Notes under the pieces: model-generated
What the model was told of the DNA's origin: nothing
The model's database searches: none
The model's input: the letters and a program-made list of their open reading frames with translations, nothing else
NCBI RefSeq assembly: GCF_009914755.1
Contig: NC_060948.1
Origin: the human T2T-CHM13v2.0 reference genome, Homo sapiens
Length of the DNA: 64,000 nucleotides
Direction: 5' to 3' (one strand)
Part shown: one piece after another, positions 1 through 16,793 of the stretch
Layout of the letters: the number at the start of each line of letters is the position of its first letter
How positions within the stretch are numbered: position 1 is the stretch's first letter
Program-made: the position numbers and the translations under genes

Positions 1-435
1 TTTTTTAAATAACATATTTTGAAAGCCTTAACTAGTAATTTGAAGAGTTGGCATTTGAAAGGCCAGTATGAATATACCTTCAAAGCAGCAACACAGGTTC
101 CCCATGAGAAACAGCAAACTCAGGGAAAATAAAACCACAAAGGTTCAAGCTCTTCTGACCTTTGAAAGACACAGCACAGACAGTGGTCCTTAGGACGAAG
201 AGCAGGAGACCCCTAATTCCGTCACCATGGCGATAGGGCATAAACATTGCTGGGTGAGGGCACAATCCACATTGTGAGGTCCAACTGCTGCCAGGAAGAC
301 AGGAGTGCTTTTACATAGACCGAAAGGTCATTGAAGGCTCAGAGTTTTGTTTCAAGAACTGAATCCCAAGCCCACACGTTATTAGGCTGCGCTTCTTAAA
401 ACAAGTTATGAGATGGGAAAAAGGGCACCCACAAA
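1..435. repeat. HSATI-like subunit of DYZ2 (partial, cut by window start)
   Basis: Nearly identical to 2419-2853. Mixed-composition segment ending at gggcacccacaaac, where the AT-rich tract starts. Confidence 0.8.
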
Positions 436-1993
436 CATACGTATACATTATGTATATAATAATATACAGTATCATATATATAATATATATAACCTATGTA
501 TAATATTGTTTTACATCCTGCATCTTATATTATATATATTGTCTAAAATATAATAATTGATAATATATAAGTTTTCTATTTATACAATATGACATATAGT
601 ATATATTATAATTTATGACATATATAATATATGTTATATATCATATATAGAATATATTATACGTTTAATATACGTATTAAATATAAATTATACATTATAT
701 ATATTATATATAATATATCTGTTATATATAATACCCATTATGCATAATATGTATATTATGTCTATGTTATATATAGTATAAAACAACATATAATAATATA
801 TAATTGTATATATAAAATGCGACATATAATATATATTATATTTTATGACATGTGTAATATATATTATATATTATATATAATACGTTGTATGTATAATACC
901 TATATTAAATATATATTATATGACTATGTTATTAATTACATGTCACATGTGTTATATATTATATATTTTACATAGAATATACCGGTTACATACAATATAT
1001 ACTATGTTACCTATAATGTATAATTGATTACATGTAAAATAAAGAATGCAATATATTATGTATAATTTATAATTTACAGTATGTGGAATGTGATATATAT
1101 AACATATAATATATGATATATGATATACAGTATATGATATATAACATATAATATATGATACCTAGTATATATGGTATACAATATATATTTTATGATATGT
1201 ATTCTATATGTTTTATATTCTGTTATATATAACTATTTGAAATTATATATAACTGTATAATATTTTATGTAAATATGTAATATAATATATATAACTATAT
1301 AATATATTATATATAACTATATATTATGTTATATATACTTTTATATCATAATTTACATAAAATGTCATAACATAATATATATTATATTATTTCATATTAC
1401 ATAATATATATTACATATCACCCAATATAAGTAACATACATAATATTATAATATAGATTATATTATGTTATGTTAAATATCATATATATCATGTATCATA
1501 TATTCTATAATATATATTATACATTATATAATATGTATGTTGTCTATTATGTGATATATATAACTGTATATTATTATATTATTATACATATAACTAGATA
1601 AACATGTAATTCTACATATTTTCATTTATAATATATAGAATTATATAATCATATATAATTATTTATATTCTATAAAAAATTATATCATTATATAAATTAT
1701 AATATAAAAAAATTATAATATGTACTACAAATATATATATTATATATCATATATGATATAGTACCTTTGTTATATATCATAATACATATAAATGTGTATT
1801 ATGTTATCTATAATTATATAATTTCATATATAAGATGTATAATATGTATTATATATTGTATATGTTATGTAATATATATACTATATATAAGCTGACACAG
1901 GATAAATATTATATACTATGACATATAAAATATATGAGGTTATATGTTACATATAAGGCATAGCACATAACATGTAATATATATCATATATAA
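436..1993. repeat. AT-rich low-complexity subunit of DYZ2 (representative; present in every unit)
   Basis: ~1.56 kb of degenerate (TA)n/TATAA/ATATGAT motifs with very few G/C, reproduced almost base for base in each unit. Confidence 0.92.
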
Positions 1994-2285
1994 TTTTTTT
2001 TTAGACAGAGTCTTGTCGTGTTGCACAGGGTGAAGTACAATGGCGCCATCTTTGCTCACTGCAACATCTGCCTCACGGGTCCAAGCGATTGTCCTCCCTC
2101 AACCTCTCAGGTAGCTGGGAGTACACCACACTGGGACTACACCAGCTGCCACCATGCCTAGCTAATTTTTTGGATTTTTAGTAGTGACAGCGTTTCACTG
2201 TATTGGCCAGGATGGTCTTGATCTCTTCACCTTGTGATCCCCTTGCCTTGGCCTCCAAATTTGCTGGGATTACAGGCCTGAGCCA
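1994..2285 (-). mobile_element. Alu subunit of DYZ2 (AluSc/Y-like, ~12 nt 5'-truncated, 16-bp internal duplication), copy 1
   Basis: Reverse-complement Alu: ttttttttt-agacagagtcttg ... gctcactgcaac ... gctaatttttt ... tttttagtag ... gctgggattacaggcctgagcca. The terminal CCGCGCCCGGCC is absent. Confidence 0.93.
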
Positions 2286-2853
2286 AGATCCATATTTTTT
2301 AAATGAAAAAAAATTTCAAAGGTACTCTGCTTGGTACAATAATCAAATGTATAAACTGAGGAATAAAACATAACCATGAAACCTACTTATAACTGCATAT
2401 GGAAAATACAGAGGATAATTTTTTAAATAACATATTTTGAAAGCCTTAACTAGTAATTTGAAGAGTTGGCATTTGAAAGGCCAGTATGAATATACCTTCA
2501 AAGCAGCAACACAGGTTCCCCATGAGAAACAGCAAACTCAGGGAAAATAAAACCACAAAGGTTCAATCTCTTCTGACCTTTGAAAGACACAGCACAGACA
2601 GTGGTCCTTAGGACGAAGAGCAGGAGACCCCTAATTCCGTCACCATGGCGATAGGGCATAAACATTGCTGGGTGAGGGCACAATCCACATTGTGAGGTCC
2701 AACTGCTGCCAGGAAGACAGGAGTGCTTTTACATAGACCGAAAGGTCATTGAAGGCTCAGAGTTTTGTTTCAAGAACTGAATCCCAAGCCCACACGTTAT
2801 TAGGCTGCGCTTCTTAAAACAAGTTATGAGATGGGAAAAAGGGCACCCACAAA
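2286..2853. repeat. HSATI-like subunit of DYZ2 (representative full copy; follows every Alu)
   Basis: ~568 bp non-Alu, non-simple segment between the Alu 5' end and the AT tract. Size and position fit the HSATI component described for DYZ2. The name is from recall, not from an alignment. Confidence 0.8.
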
Positions 2854-4413
2854 CATAGGTATACATTATGTATATAATAATATACAGTATCATATATATA
2901 ATATATATAACCTATGTATAATATTGTTTTACATCCTGCATCTTATATTATATATATTGTCTAAAATATAATAATTGATAATATATAAGTTTTATATTTA
3001 TACAATATGACATATAGTATATATTATAATTTATGACATATATAATATATGTTATATATCATATATAGAATATATTATACGGTTAATATACGTATTAAAT
3101 ATAAATTATACATTATATATATTATATATAATATATCTGTTATATATAATACCCATTATGCATAATATGTATATTATGTCTATGTTATATATAGTATAAA
3201 ACAACATATAATAATATATAATTGTATATATAAAATGCGACATATAATATATATTATATTTTATGACATATGTAATATATATTATATATTATATATAATA
3301 CGCTGTATGTATAATACCTATATTAAATATATATTATATAACTATGTTATTAATTACATGTCACATGTGTTATATATTATATATTTTACATAGAATATAC
3401 CGGTTACATACAATATATACTATGTTACCTATAATGTATAATTGATTACATGTAAAATAAAGAATGCAATATATTATGTATAATTTATAATATACAATAT
3501 GTGGAATGTGATATATATAACATATAATATATGATATATGATATACAGTATATGATATATAACATACAATATATGATTCCTAATATATATGGTATACAAT
3601 ATATATTTTATGATATGTATTCTATATGTTTTATATTCTGTTATATATAACTATTTGAAATTATATATAACTGTATAATATTTTATGTAAATATGTAATA
3701 TAATATATATAACTATATAATATATTATATATAAGTATATATTATGTTATATATACTTTTATAACATAATTTACATAAAATATCATAACATAATATATAT
3801 TATATTATTTCATATTACATAATATATATTACATATCACCCAATATAACTAACATACATAATATTATAATATAGATTATATTATGTTATATTAAATATCA
3901 TATACATCATGTATCATATATTCTATAATATATATTCCACATTATATAATATGTATGTTGTCTATTATGTGATATATATAACTCTATATATACTTTTATT
4001 TTTATACATATAACTAGATAAACATGTAATTCTACATATTTTCATTTATAATATGTAGAATTATATAATCATATATAATTATTTATATTCTATAAAAAAT
4101 TTTATCATTATATAAATTATAATATATAAAAATTATAATATGTACTACAAATATATATATTATATATCATATATGATATAGTACCTTTGTTATATATCAT
4201 AATACATATAAATGTGTATTATGTTATCTATAATTATATAATTTCATATATAAGATGTATAATATGTATTATATATTGTCTATGTTATGTAATATATATA
4301 GTATATGTAAGCTGACACAGGATAAATATTATATACTATGACATATAAAATATATGAGGTTATATGTTACATATAAGGCATAGCACATAACATGTAATAT
4401 ATGTCATATATAA

Positions 4414-4705
<292 letters not shown>

Positions 4706-6815
4706 AGATCCATATTTTTTAAATGAAAAAAAATTTCAAAGGTACTCTGCTTGGTACAATAATCAAATGTATAAACTGAGGAATAAAACATAACCATGAA
4801 ACCTACTTATAACTGCATATGGAAAATACAGAGGATAATTTTTTAAATAACATATTTTGAAAGCCTTAACTAGTAATTTGAAGAGTTGGCATTTGAAAGG
4901 CCAGTATGAATATACCTTCAAAGCAGCAACACAGGTTCCCCATGAGAAAAAGCAAACTCAGGGAAAATAAAACCAAAAAGGTTCAATCTCTTCTGACCTT
5001 TGAAAGACACAGCACAGACAGTGGTCCTTAGGACGAAGAGCAGGAGACCCCTAATTCCGTCACCATGGCGATAGTGCATAAACATTGCTGGGTGAGGGCA
5101 CAATCCACATTGAGAGGTCCAACTGCTGCCAGGAAGACAAGAGTGCTTTTACATAGACCGAAAGGTCATTGAAGGCTCAGAGTTTTGTTTCAAGAACTGA
5201 ATCCCAAGCCCACACGTTATTAGGCTGCGCTTCTTAAAACAAGTTATGAGATGGGAAAAAGGGCACCCACAAACATACGTATACATTATGTATATAATAA
5301 TATACAGTATCATATATATAATATATATAACCTATGTATAATATTGTTTTACATCCTGCATCTTATATTATATATATTGTCTAAAATATAATAATTGATA
5401 ATATATAAGTTTTATATTTATACAATATGACATATAGTATATATTATAATTTATGACATATATAATATATGTTATATATCATATATAGAATATATTATAC
5501 GTTTAATATACGTATTAAATATAAATTATACATTATATATATTATATATAATATATCTGTTATATATAATACCCATTATGCATAATATGTATATTATGTC
5601 TATGTTATATATAGTATAAAACAACATATAATAATATATAATTGTATATATAAAATGCGACATATAATATATATTATATTTTATGACATATGTAATATAT
5701 ATTATATATTATATATAATACGCTGTATGTATAATACCTATATTAAATATATATTATATGACTATGTTATTAATTACATGTCACATGTGTTATATATTAT
5801 ATATTTTACATAGAATATACCGGTTACATACAATATATACTATGTTACCTATAATGTATAATTGATTACATGTAAAATAAAGAATGCAATATATTATGTA
5901 TAATTTATAATATACAATATGTGGAATGTGATATATATAACATATAATATATGATATATGATATACAGTATATGATATATAACATAAAATATATGATACC
6001 TAGTATATATGGTATACAATATATATTTTATGATATGTATTCTATATGTTTTATATTCTGTTATATATAACTATTTGAAATTATATGTAACTGTATAATA
6101 TTTTATGTAAATATGTAATATAATATATATAACTATATAATATATTATATATAACTATATATTATGTTATATATACTTTTATATCATAATTTACATAAAA
6201 TGTCATAATATAATATATATTATATTATTTCATATTACATAATATATATTACATATCACCCAATATAAGTAACATACATAATATTATAATATAGATTATA
6301 TTATGTTATGTTAAATATCATATATATCATGTATCATATATTCTATAATATATATTATACATTATATAATATGCATGTTGTCTATTATGTGATATATATA
6401 ACTATATATTATTATATTATTATACATATAACTAGATAAACATGTAATTCTACATATTTTCATTTCTAATATATAGAATTATATAATCATATATAATTAT
6501 TTATATTCTATAAAAAATTATATCATTATATAAATTATAATATAAAAAAATTATAATATGTACTACAAATATATATATTATATATCATATATGATATAGT
6601 ACCTTTGTTATATATCATAATACATATAAATGTGTATTATGTTATCTATAATTATATAATTTCATATATATGATGTATAATATGTATTATATATTGTATA
6701 TGTTATGTAATATATATAGTATATATAAGCTGACACAGGATAAATATTATATACTATGACATATAAAATATATGAGGTTATATGTTACATATAAGGCATA
6801 GCACATAACATGTAA

Positions 6816-7122
<307 letters not shown>

Positions 7123-9232
7123 AGATCCATATTTTTTAAATGAAAACAAATTTCAAAGGTACTCTGCTTGGTACAATAATCAAATGTATAAACTGAGGAA
7201 TAAAACATAAACATGAAACCTACTTATAACTGCATATGGAAAGTACAGAGGATAATTTTTTAAATAACATATTTTGAAAGCCTTAACTAGTAATTTGAAG
7301 AGTTGGCATTTGAAAGGCCAGTATGAATATACCTTCAAAGCAGCAACACAGGTTCCCCATGAGAAACAGCAAACTCAGGGAAAATAAAACCACAAAGGTT
7401 CAATCTCTTCTGACCTTTGAAAGACACAGCACAGACAGTGGTCCTTAGGACGAAGAGCAGGAGACCCCTAATTCCGTCACCATGGCGATAGGGCATAAAC
7501 ATTGCTGGGTGAGGGCACAATCCACATTGTGAGGTCCAACTGCTGCCAGGAAGACAGGAGTGCTTTTTCATGGACCGAAAGGTCATTGAAGGCTCAGAGT
7601 TTTGTTTCAAGAACTGAATCCCAAGCCCACACGTTATTAGGCTGCGCTTCTTAAAACAAGTTATGAGATGGGAAAAAGGGCACCCACAAACATACGTATA
7701 CATTATGTATATAATAATATACAGTATCATATATATAATATATATAACCTATGTATAATATTGTTTTACATCCTGCATCTTATATTATATATATTGTCTA
7801 AAATATAATAATTGATAATATATAAGTTTTATATTTATACAATATGACATATAGTATATATTATAATTTATGACATATATAATATATGTTATATATCATA
7901 TATAGAATATATTATACGGTTAATATACGTATTAAATATAAATTATACATTATATATATTATATATAATATATCTGTTATATATAATACCCATTATGCAT
8001 AATATGTATATTATGTCTATGTTATATATAGTATAAAACAACATATAATAATATATAATTGTATATATAAAATGCGACATATAATATATATTATATTTTA
8101 TGACATATGTAATATATATTATATATTATATATAATACGCTGTATGTATAATACCTATATTAAATATATATTATATGACTATGTTATTAATTACATGTCA
8201 CATGTGTTATATATTATATATTTTACATAGAATATACCGGTTACATACAATATATACTATGTTACCTATAATGTATAATTGATTACATGTAAAATAAAGA
8301 ATGCAATATATTATGTATAATTTATAATATACAATATGTGGAATGTGATATATATAACATATAATATATGATATATGATATACAGTATATGATATATAAC
8401 ATACAATATATGATACCTAGTATATATGGTATACAATATATATTTTATGATATGTATTCTATATGTTTTATATTCTGTTATATATAACTATTTGAAATTA
8501 TATATAACTGTATAATATTTTATGTAAATATGTAATATAATATATATAACTATATAATATATTATATATAACTATATATTATGTTATATATACTTTTATA
8601 TCATAATTTACATAAAATGTCATAATATAATATATATTATATTATTTCATATTACATAATATATATTACATATCACCCAATATAAGTAACATACATAATA
8701 TTATAATATAGATTATATTATGTTATGTTAAATATCATATATATCATGTATCATATATTCTATAATATATATTATACATTATATAATATGTATGTTGTCT
8801 ATTATGTGATATATATAACTATATATTATTATATTATTATACATATAACTAGATAAACATGTAATTCTACATATTTTCATTTCTAATATATAGAATTATA
8901 TAATCATATATAATTATTTATATTCTATAAAAAATTATATCATTATATAAATTATAATATAAAAAAATTATAATATGTACTACAAATATATATATTATAT
9001 ATCATATATGATATAGTACCTTTGTTATATATCATAATACATATAAATGTGTATTATGTTATCTATAATTATATAATTTCATATATAAGATGTATAATAT
9101 GTATTATATATTGTATATGTTATGTAATATATATAGTATATATAAGCTGACACAGGATAAATATTATATACTATGACATATAAAATATATGAGGTTATAT
9201 GTTACATATAAGGCATAGCACATAACATGTAA

Positions 9233-9539
<307 letters not shown>

Positions 9540-11644
9540 AGATCCATATTTTTTAAATGAAAAAAAATTTCAAAGGTACTCTGCTTGGTACAATAATCAA
9601 ATGTATAAACTGAGGAATAAAACATAACCATGAAACCTACTTATAACTGCATATGGAAAATACAGAGGATAATTTTTTAAATAACATATTTTGAAAGCCT
9701 TAACTAGTAATTTGAAGAGTTGGCATTTGTAAGGCCAGTATGAATATACCTTCAAAGCAGCAACACAGGTTCCCCATGAGAAAAAGCAAACTCAGGGGAA
9801 ATAAAACCACAAAGGTTCAATCTCTTCTGACCTTTGAAAGACACAGCACAGACAGTGGTCCTTAGGACGAAGAGCAGGAGACCCCTAATTCCGTCACCAT
9901 GGCGATAGGGCATAAACATTGCTGGGTGAGGGCACAATCCACATTGTGAGGTCCAACTGCTGCCAGGAAGACAGGAGTGCTTTTACATAGACCGAAAGGT
10001 CATTGAAGGCTCAGAGTTTTGTTTCAAGAACTGAATCCCAAGCCCACACGTTATTAGGCTGCGCTTCTTAAAACAAGTTATGAGATGGGAAAAAGGGCAC
10101 CCACAAACATACGTATACATTATGTATATAATAATATACAGTATCATATATAAAATATGTATAACCAATGTATAATATTGTTTTACATCCTGCATCTTGT
10201 ATTATATATATTGTATAAAATATAATAATTGATAATATATAAGTTTTATATTTATACAATATGACATATAGTATATATTATACTTTATGACATATATAAT
10301 ATATGTTATATATCATATATAGAATATATTATACGGTTAATATATGTATTAAATATAAATTATACATTATATATATTATATAAAATATATCTGTTATATA
10401 TAATACCCTTTATGCATAATATATATATTATGTCTATGTTATATATAGTATAAAAAAACATATAATAATATATAATTGTATATATAAAATGCGACATATA
10501 ATATATATTATATTTTATGACATATGTAATATATATTATATATTATATATAATACGTTGTATGTATAATACCTATATTAAATATATATTATATGACTATG
10601 TTATTAATTACATGTCACATATGTTATATATTATATATTTTACATAGAATATACCGGTTACATACAATATATACTATGTTACCTATAATGTATAATTGAT
10701 TACATGTAAAATAAAGAATGCAATATATTATGTAAAATTTATAATATACAATATGTGGAATGTGATATATATAACATATAATATATGATATATGATATAC
10801 AGTATATGATATATAACATACAATATATGATACCTAATATATATGGTATACAATATATATTTTAAGATATGTATTCTATATGTTTTATATTCTGTTATAT
10901 ATAACTATTTGAAATTATATATAACTGTATAATATTTTATGTAAATATGTAATATAATATATATAACTATATAATATATTATATATAACTATATATTATG
11001 TTATATATACTTTTATAACATAATTTACATAAAATGTCATAATATAATATATATTATATTATTTCACATTACATAATATATATTACATATCACCCAATAT
11101 AAGTAACATACATAATATTATAATATAGATTATATTATGTTATATTAAATATCATATATATCATGTATCATATATTCTATAATATATATTACACATTATA
11201 TAATATGTATGTTGTCTATTTTGTGATATATAAAACTATATATATAATTATATTATTATACATATAACTAGATAAACATGTAATTCTACATATTTTCATT
11301 TGTAATATATAGAATTATATAATCATATATAATTATTTATATTCTATAAAAAATTATATCATTATATAAATTATAATATAAAAAAATTATAATATGTACT
11401 ACAAATATACATATTATATATCATATATGATATAGTACCTTTGTTATATATCATAATACATATAAATGTGTATTATGTTATCTATAATTATATAATTTCA
11501 TATATAAGATGTATAATATGTATTATATATTGTCTATGTTATGTAATATATATAGTATATGTAAGCTGACACAGGATAAATATTATATACAATGACATAT
11601 AAAATATATGAGGTTATATGTTACATATAAGGCATAGCACATAA

Positions 11645-11959
<315 letters not shown>

Positions 11960-14069
11960 AGATCCATATTTTTTAAATGAAAAAAAATTTCAAAGGTACT
12001 CTGCTTGGTACAATAATCAAATGTATAAACTGAGGAATAAAACATAACCATGAAACCTACTTATAACTGCATATGGAAAATACAGAGGATAATTTTTTAA
12101 ATAACATATTTTGAAAGCCTTAACTAGTAATTTGAAGAGTTGGCATTTGAAAGGCCAGTATGAATATACCTTCAAAGCAGCAACACAGGTTCCCCATGAG
12201 AAACAGCAAACTCAGGGAAAATAAAACCACAAAGGTTCAATCTCTTCTGACCTTTGAAAGACACAGCACAGACAGTGGTCCTTAGGACGAAGAGCAGGAG
12301 ACCCCTAATTCCGTCACCATGGCGATAGGGCATAAACATTGCTGGGTGAGGGCACAATCCACATTGAGAGGTCCAACTGCTGCCAGGAAGACAGGAGTGC
12401 TTTTACATAGACCGAAAGGTCATTGAAGGCTCAGAGTTTTGTTTCAAGAACTGAATCCCAAGCCCACACGTTATTAGGCTGCGCTTCTTAAAACAAGTTA
12501 TGAGATGGGAAAAAGGGCACCCACAAACATACGTATACATTATGTATATAATAATATACAGTATCATATATATAATATATATAACCTATGTATAATATTG
12601 TTTTACATCCTGCATCTTATATTATATATATTGTCTAAAATATAATAATTGATAATATATAAGTTTTATATTTATACAATATGACATATAGTATATATTA
12701 TAATTTATGACATATATAATATATGTTATATATCATATATAGAATATATTATACGGTTAATATACGTATTAAATATAAATTATACATTATATATATTATA
12801 TATAATATATCTGTTATATATAATACCCATTATGCATAATATGTATATTATGTCTATGTTATATATAGTATAAAACAACATATAATAATATATAATTGTA
12901 TATATAAAATGCGACATATAATATATATTATATTTTATGACATATGTAATATATATTATATATTATATATAATACGTTGTATGTATAATACCTATATTAA
13001 ATATATATTATATGACTATGTTATTAATTACATGTCACATGTGTTATATATTATATATTTTACATAGAATATACCGGTTACATACAATATATACTATGTT
13101 ACCTATAATGTATAATTGATTACATGTAAAATAAAGAATGCAATATATTATGTATAATTTATAATATACAATATGTGGAATGTGATATATATAACATATA
13201 ATATATGATATATGATATACAGTATATGATATATAACATACAATATATGATACCTAGTATATACGGTATACAATATATATTTTATGATATGTATTCTATA
13301 TGTTTTATATTCTGTTATATATAACTATTTGAAATTATATATAACTGTATAATATTTTATGTAAATATGTAATATAATATATATAACTATATAATATATT
13401 ATATATAACTATATATTATGTTATATATACTTTTATATCATAATTTACATAAAATGTCATAATATAATATATATTATATTATTTCATATTACATAATATA
13501 TATTACATATCACCCAATATAAGTAACATACATAATATTATAATATAGATTATATTATGTTATGTTAAATATCATATATATCATGTATCATATATTCTAT
13601 AATATATATTATACATTATATAATATGTATGTTGTCTATTATGTGATATATATAACTATATATTATTATATTATTATACATATAACTAGATAAACATGTA
13701 ATTCTACATATTTTCATTTCTAATATATAGAATTATATAATCATATATAATTATTTATATTCTATAAAAAATTATATCATTATATAAATTATAATATAAA
13801 AAAATTATAATATGTACTACAAATATATATATTATATATCATATATGATATAGTACCTTTGTTATATATCATAATACATATAAATGTGTATTATGTTATC
13901 TATAATTATATAATTTCATATATAAGATGTATAATATGTATTATATATTGTATATGTTATGTAATATATATAGTATATATAAGCTGACACAGGATAAATA
14001 TTATATACTATGACATATAAAATATATGAGGTTATATGTTACATATAAGGCATAGCACATAACATGTAA

Positions 14070-14376
<307 letters not shown>

Positions 14377-16486
14377 AGATCCATATTTTTTAAATGAAAA
14401 AAAATTTCAAAGGTACTCTGCTTGGTACAATAATCAAATGTATAAACTGAGGAATAAAACATAACCATGAAACCTACTTATAACTGCATATGGAAAATAC
14501 AGAGGATAATTTTTTAAATAACATATTTTGAAAGCCTTAACTAGTAATTTGAAGAGTTGGCATTTGAAAGGCCAGTATGAATATACCTTCAAAGCAGAAA
14601 CACAGGTTCCCCATGAGAAACAGCAAACTCAGGGAAAATAAAACCACAAAGGTTCAATCTCTTCTGACCTTTGAAAGACACAGCACAGACAGTGGTCCTT
14701 AGGACGAAGAGCAGGAGACCCCTAATTCCGTCACCATGGCGATAGGGCATAAACATTGCTGGGTGAGGGCACAATCCACATTGTGAGGTCCAACTGCTGC
14801 CAGGAAGACAGGAGTGCTTTTACATGGACCGAAAGGTCATTGAAGGCTCAGAGTTTTGTTTCAAGAACTGAATCCCAAGCCCACACGTTATTAGGCTGCG
14901 CTTCTTAAAACAAGTTATGAGATGGGAAAAAGGGCACCCACAAACATACGTATACATTATGTATATAATAATATACAGTATCATATATATAATATATATA
15001 ACCTATGTATAATATTGTTTTACATCCTGCATCTTATATTATATATATTGTCTAAAATATAATAATTGATAATATATAAGTTTTATATTTATACAATATG
15101 ACATATAGTATATATTATAATTTATGACATATATAATATATGTTATATATCATATATAGAATATATTATACGGTTAATATACGTATTAAATATAAATTAT
15201 ACATTATATATATTATATATAATATATCTGTTATATATAATACCCATTATGCATAATATGTATATTATGTCTATGTTATATATAGTATAAAACAACATAT
15301 AATAATATATAATTGTATATATAAAATGCGACATATAATATATATTATATTTTATGACATATGTAATATATATTATATATTATATATAATACGCTGTATG
15401 TATAATACCTATATTAAATATATATTATATGACTATGTTATTAATTACATGTCACATGTGTTATATATTATATATTTTACATAGAATATACCGGTTACAT
15501 ACAATATATACTATGTTACCTATAATGTATAATTGATTACATGTAAAATAAAGAATGCAATATATTATGTATAATTTATAATATACAATATGTGGAATGT
15601 GATATATATAACATATAATATATGATATATGATATACAGTATATGATATATAACATACAATATATGATACCTAGTATATATGGTATACAATATATAATTT
15701 ATGATATGTATTCTATATGTTTTATATTCTGTTATATATAACTATTTGAAATTATATATAACTGTATAATATTTTATGTAAATATGTAATATAATATATA
15801 TAACTATATAATATATTATATATAACTATATATTATGTTATATATACTTTTATATCATAATTTACATAAAATGTCATAATATAATATATATTATATTACT
15901 TCATATTACATAATATATATTACATATCACCCAATATAAGTAACATACATAATATTATAATATAGATTATATTATGTTATGTTAAATATCATATATATCA
16001 TGTATCATATATTCTATAATATATATTATACATTATATAATATGTATGTTGTCTATTATGTGATATATATAACTATATATTATTATATTATTATACATAT
16101 AACTAGATAAACATGTAATTCTACATATTTTCATTTCTAATATATAGAATTATATAATCATATATAATTATTTATATTCTATAAAAAATTATATCATTAT
16201 ATGAAATATAATATAAAAAAATTATAATATGTACTACAAATATATATATTATATATCATATATGATATAGTACCTTTGTTATATATCATAATACATATAA
16301 ATGTGTATTATGTTATCTATAATTATATAATTTCATATATAAGATGTATAATATGTATTATATATTGTATATGTTATGTAATATATATAGTATATATAAG
16401 CTGACACAGGATAAATATTATATACTATGACATATAAAATATATGAGGTTATATGTTACATATAAGGCATAGCACATAACATGTAA

Positions 16487-16793
<307 letters not shown>

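Noticed and set aside
80-265. Recurrent 61-aa minus-strand ORF (MCPHPAMF...) in nearly every unit
   Set aside because: It starts at TTG rather than ATG and has no recognisable domain. Its apparent conservation is just repeat identity. It is broken by a stop in U18 (41270) and a frameshift in U11.
436-1993. TATA boxes and AATAAA signals
   Set aside because: They are expected by chance at this AT content, with no associated gene.
7335-7730. 131-aa ORF, the longest in the window
   Set aside because: A single substitution (~7568) removes a TAA in this unit only. The N-terminus is translated AT tract.
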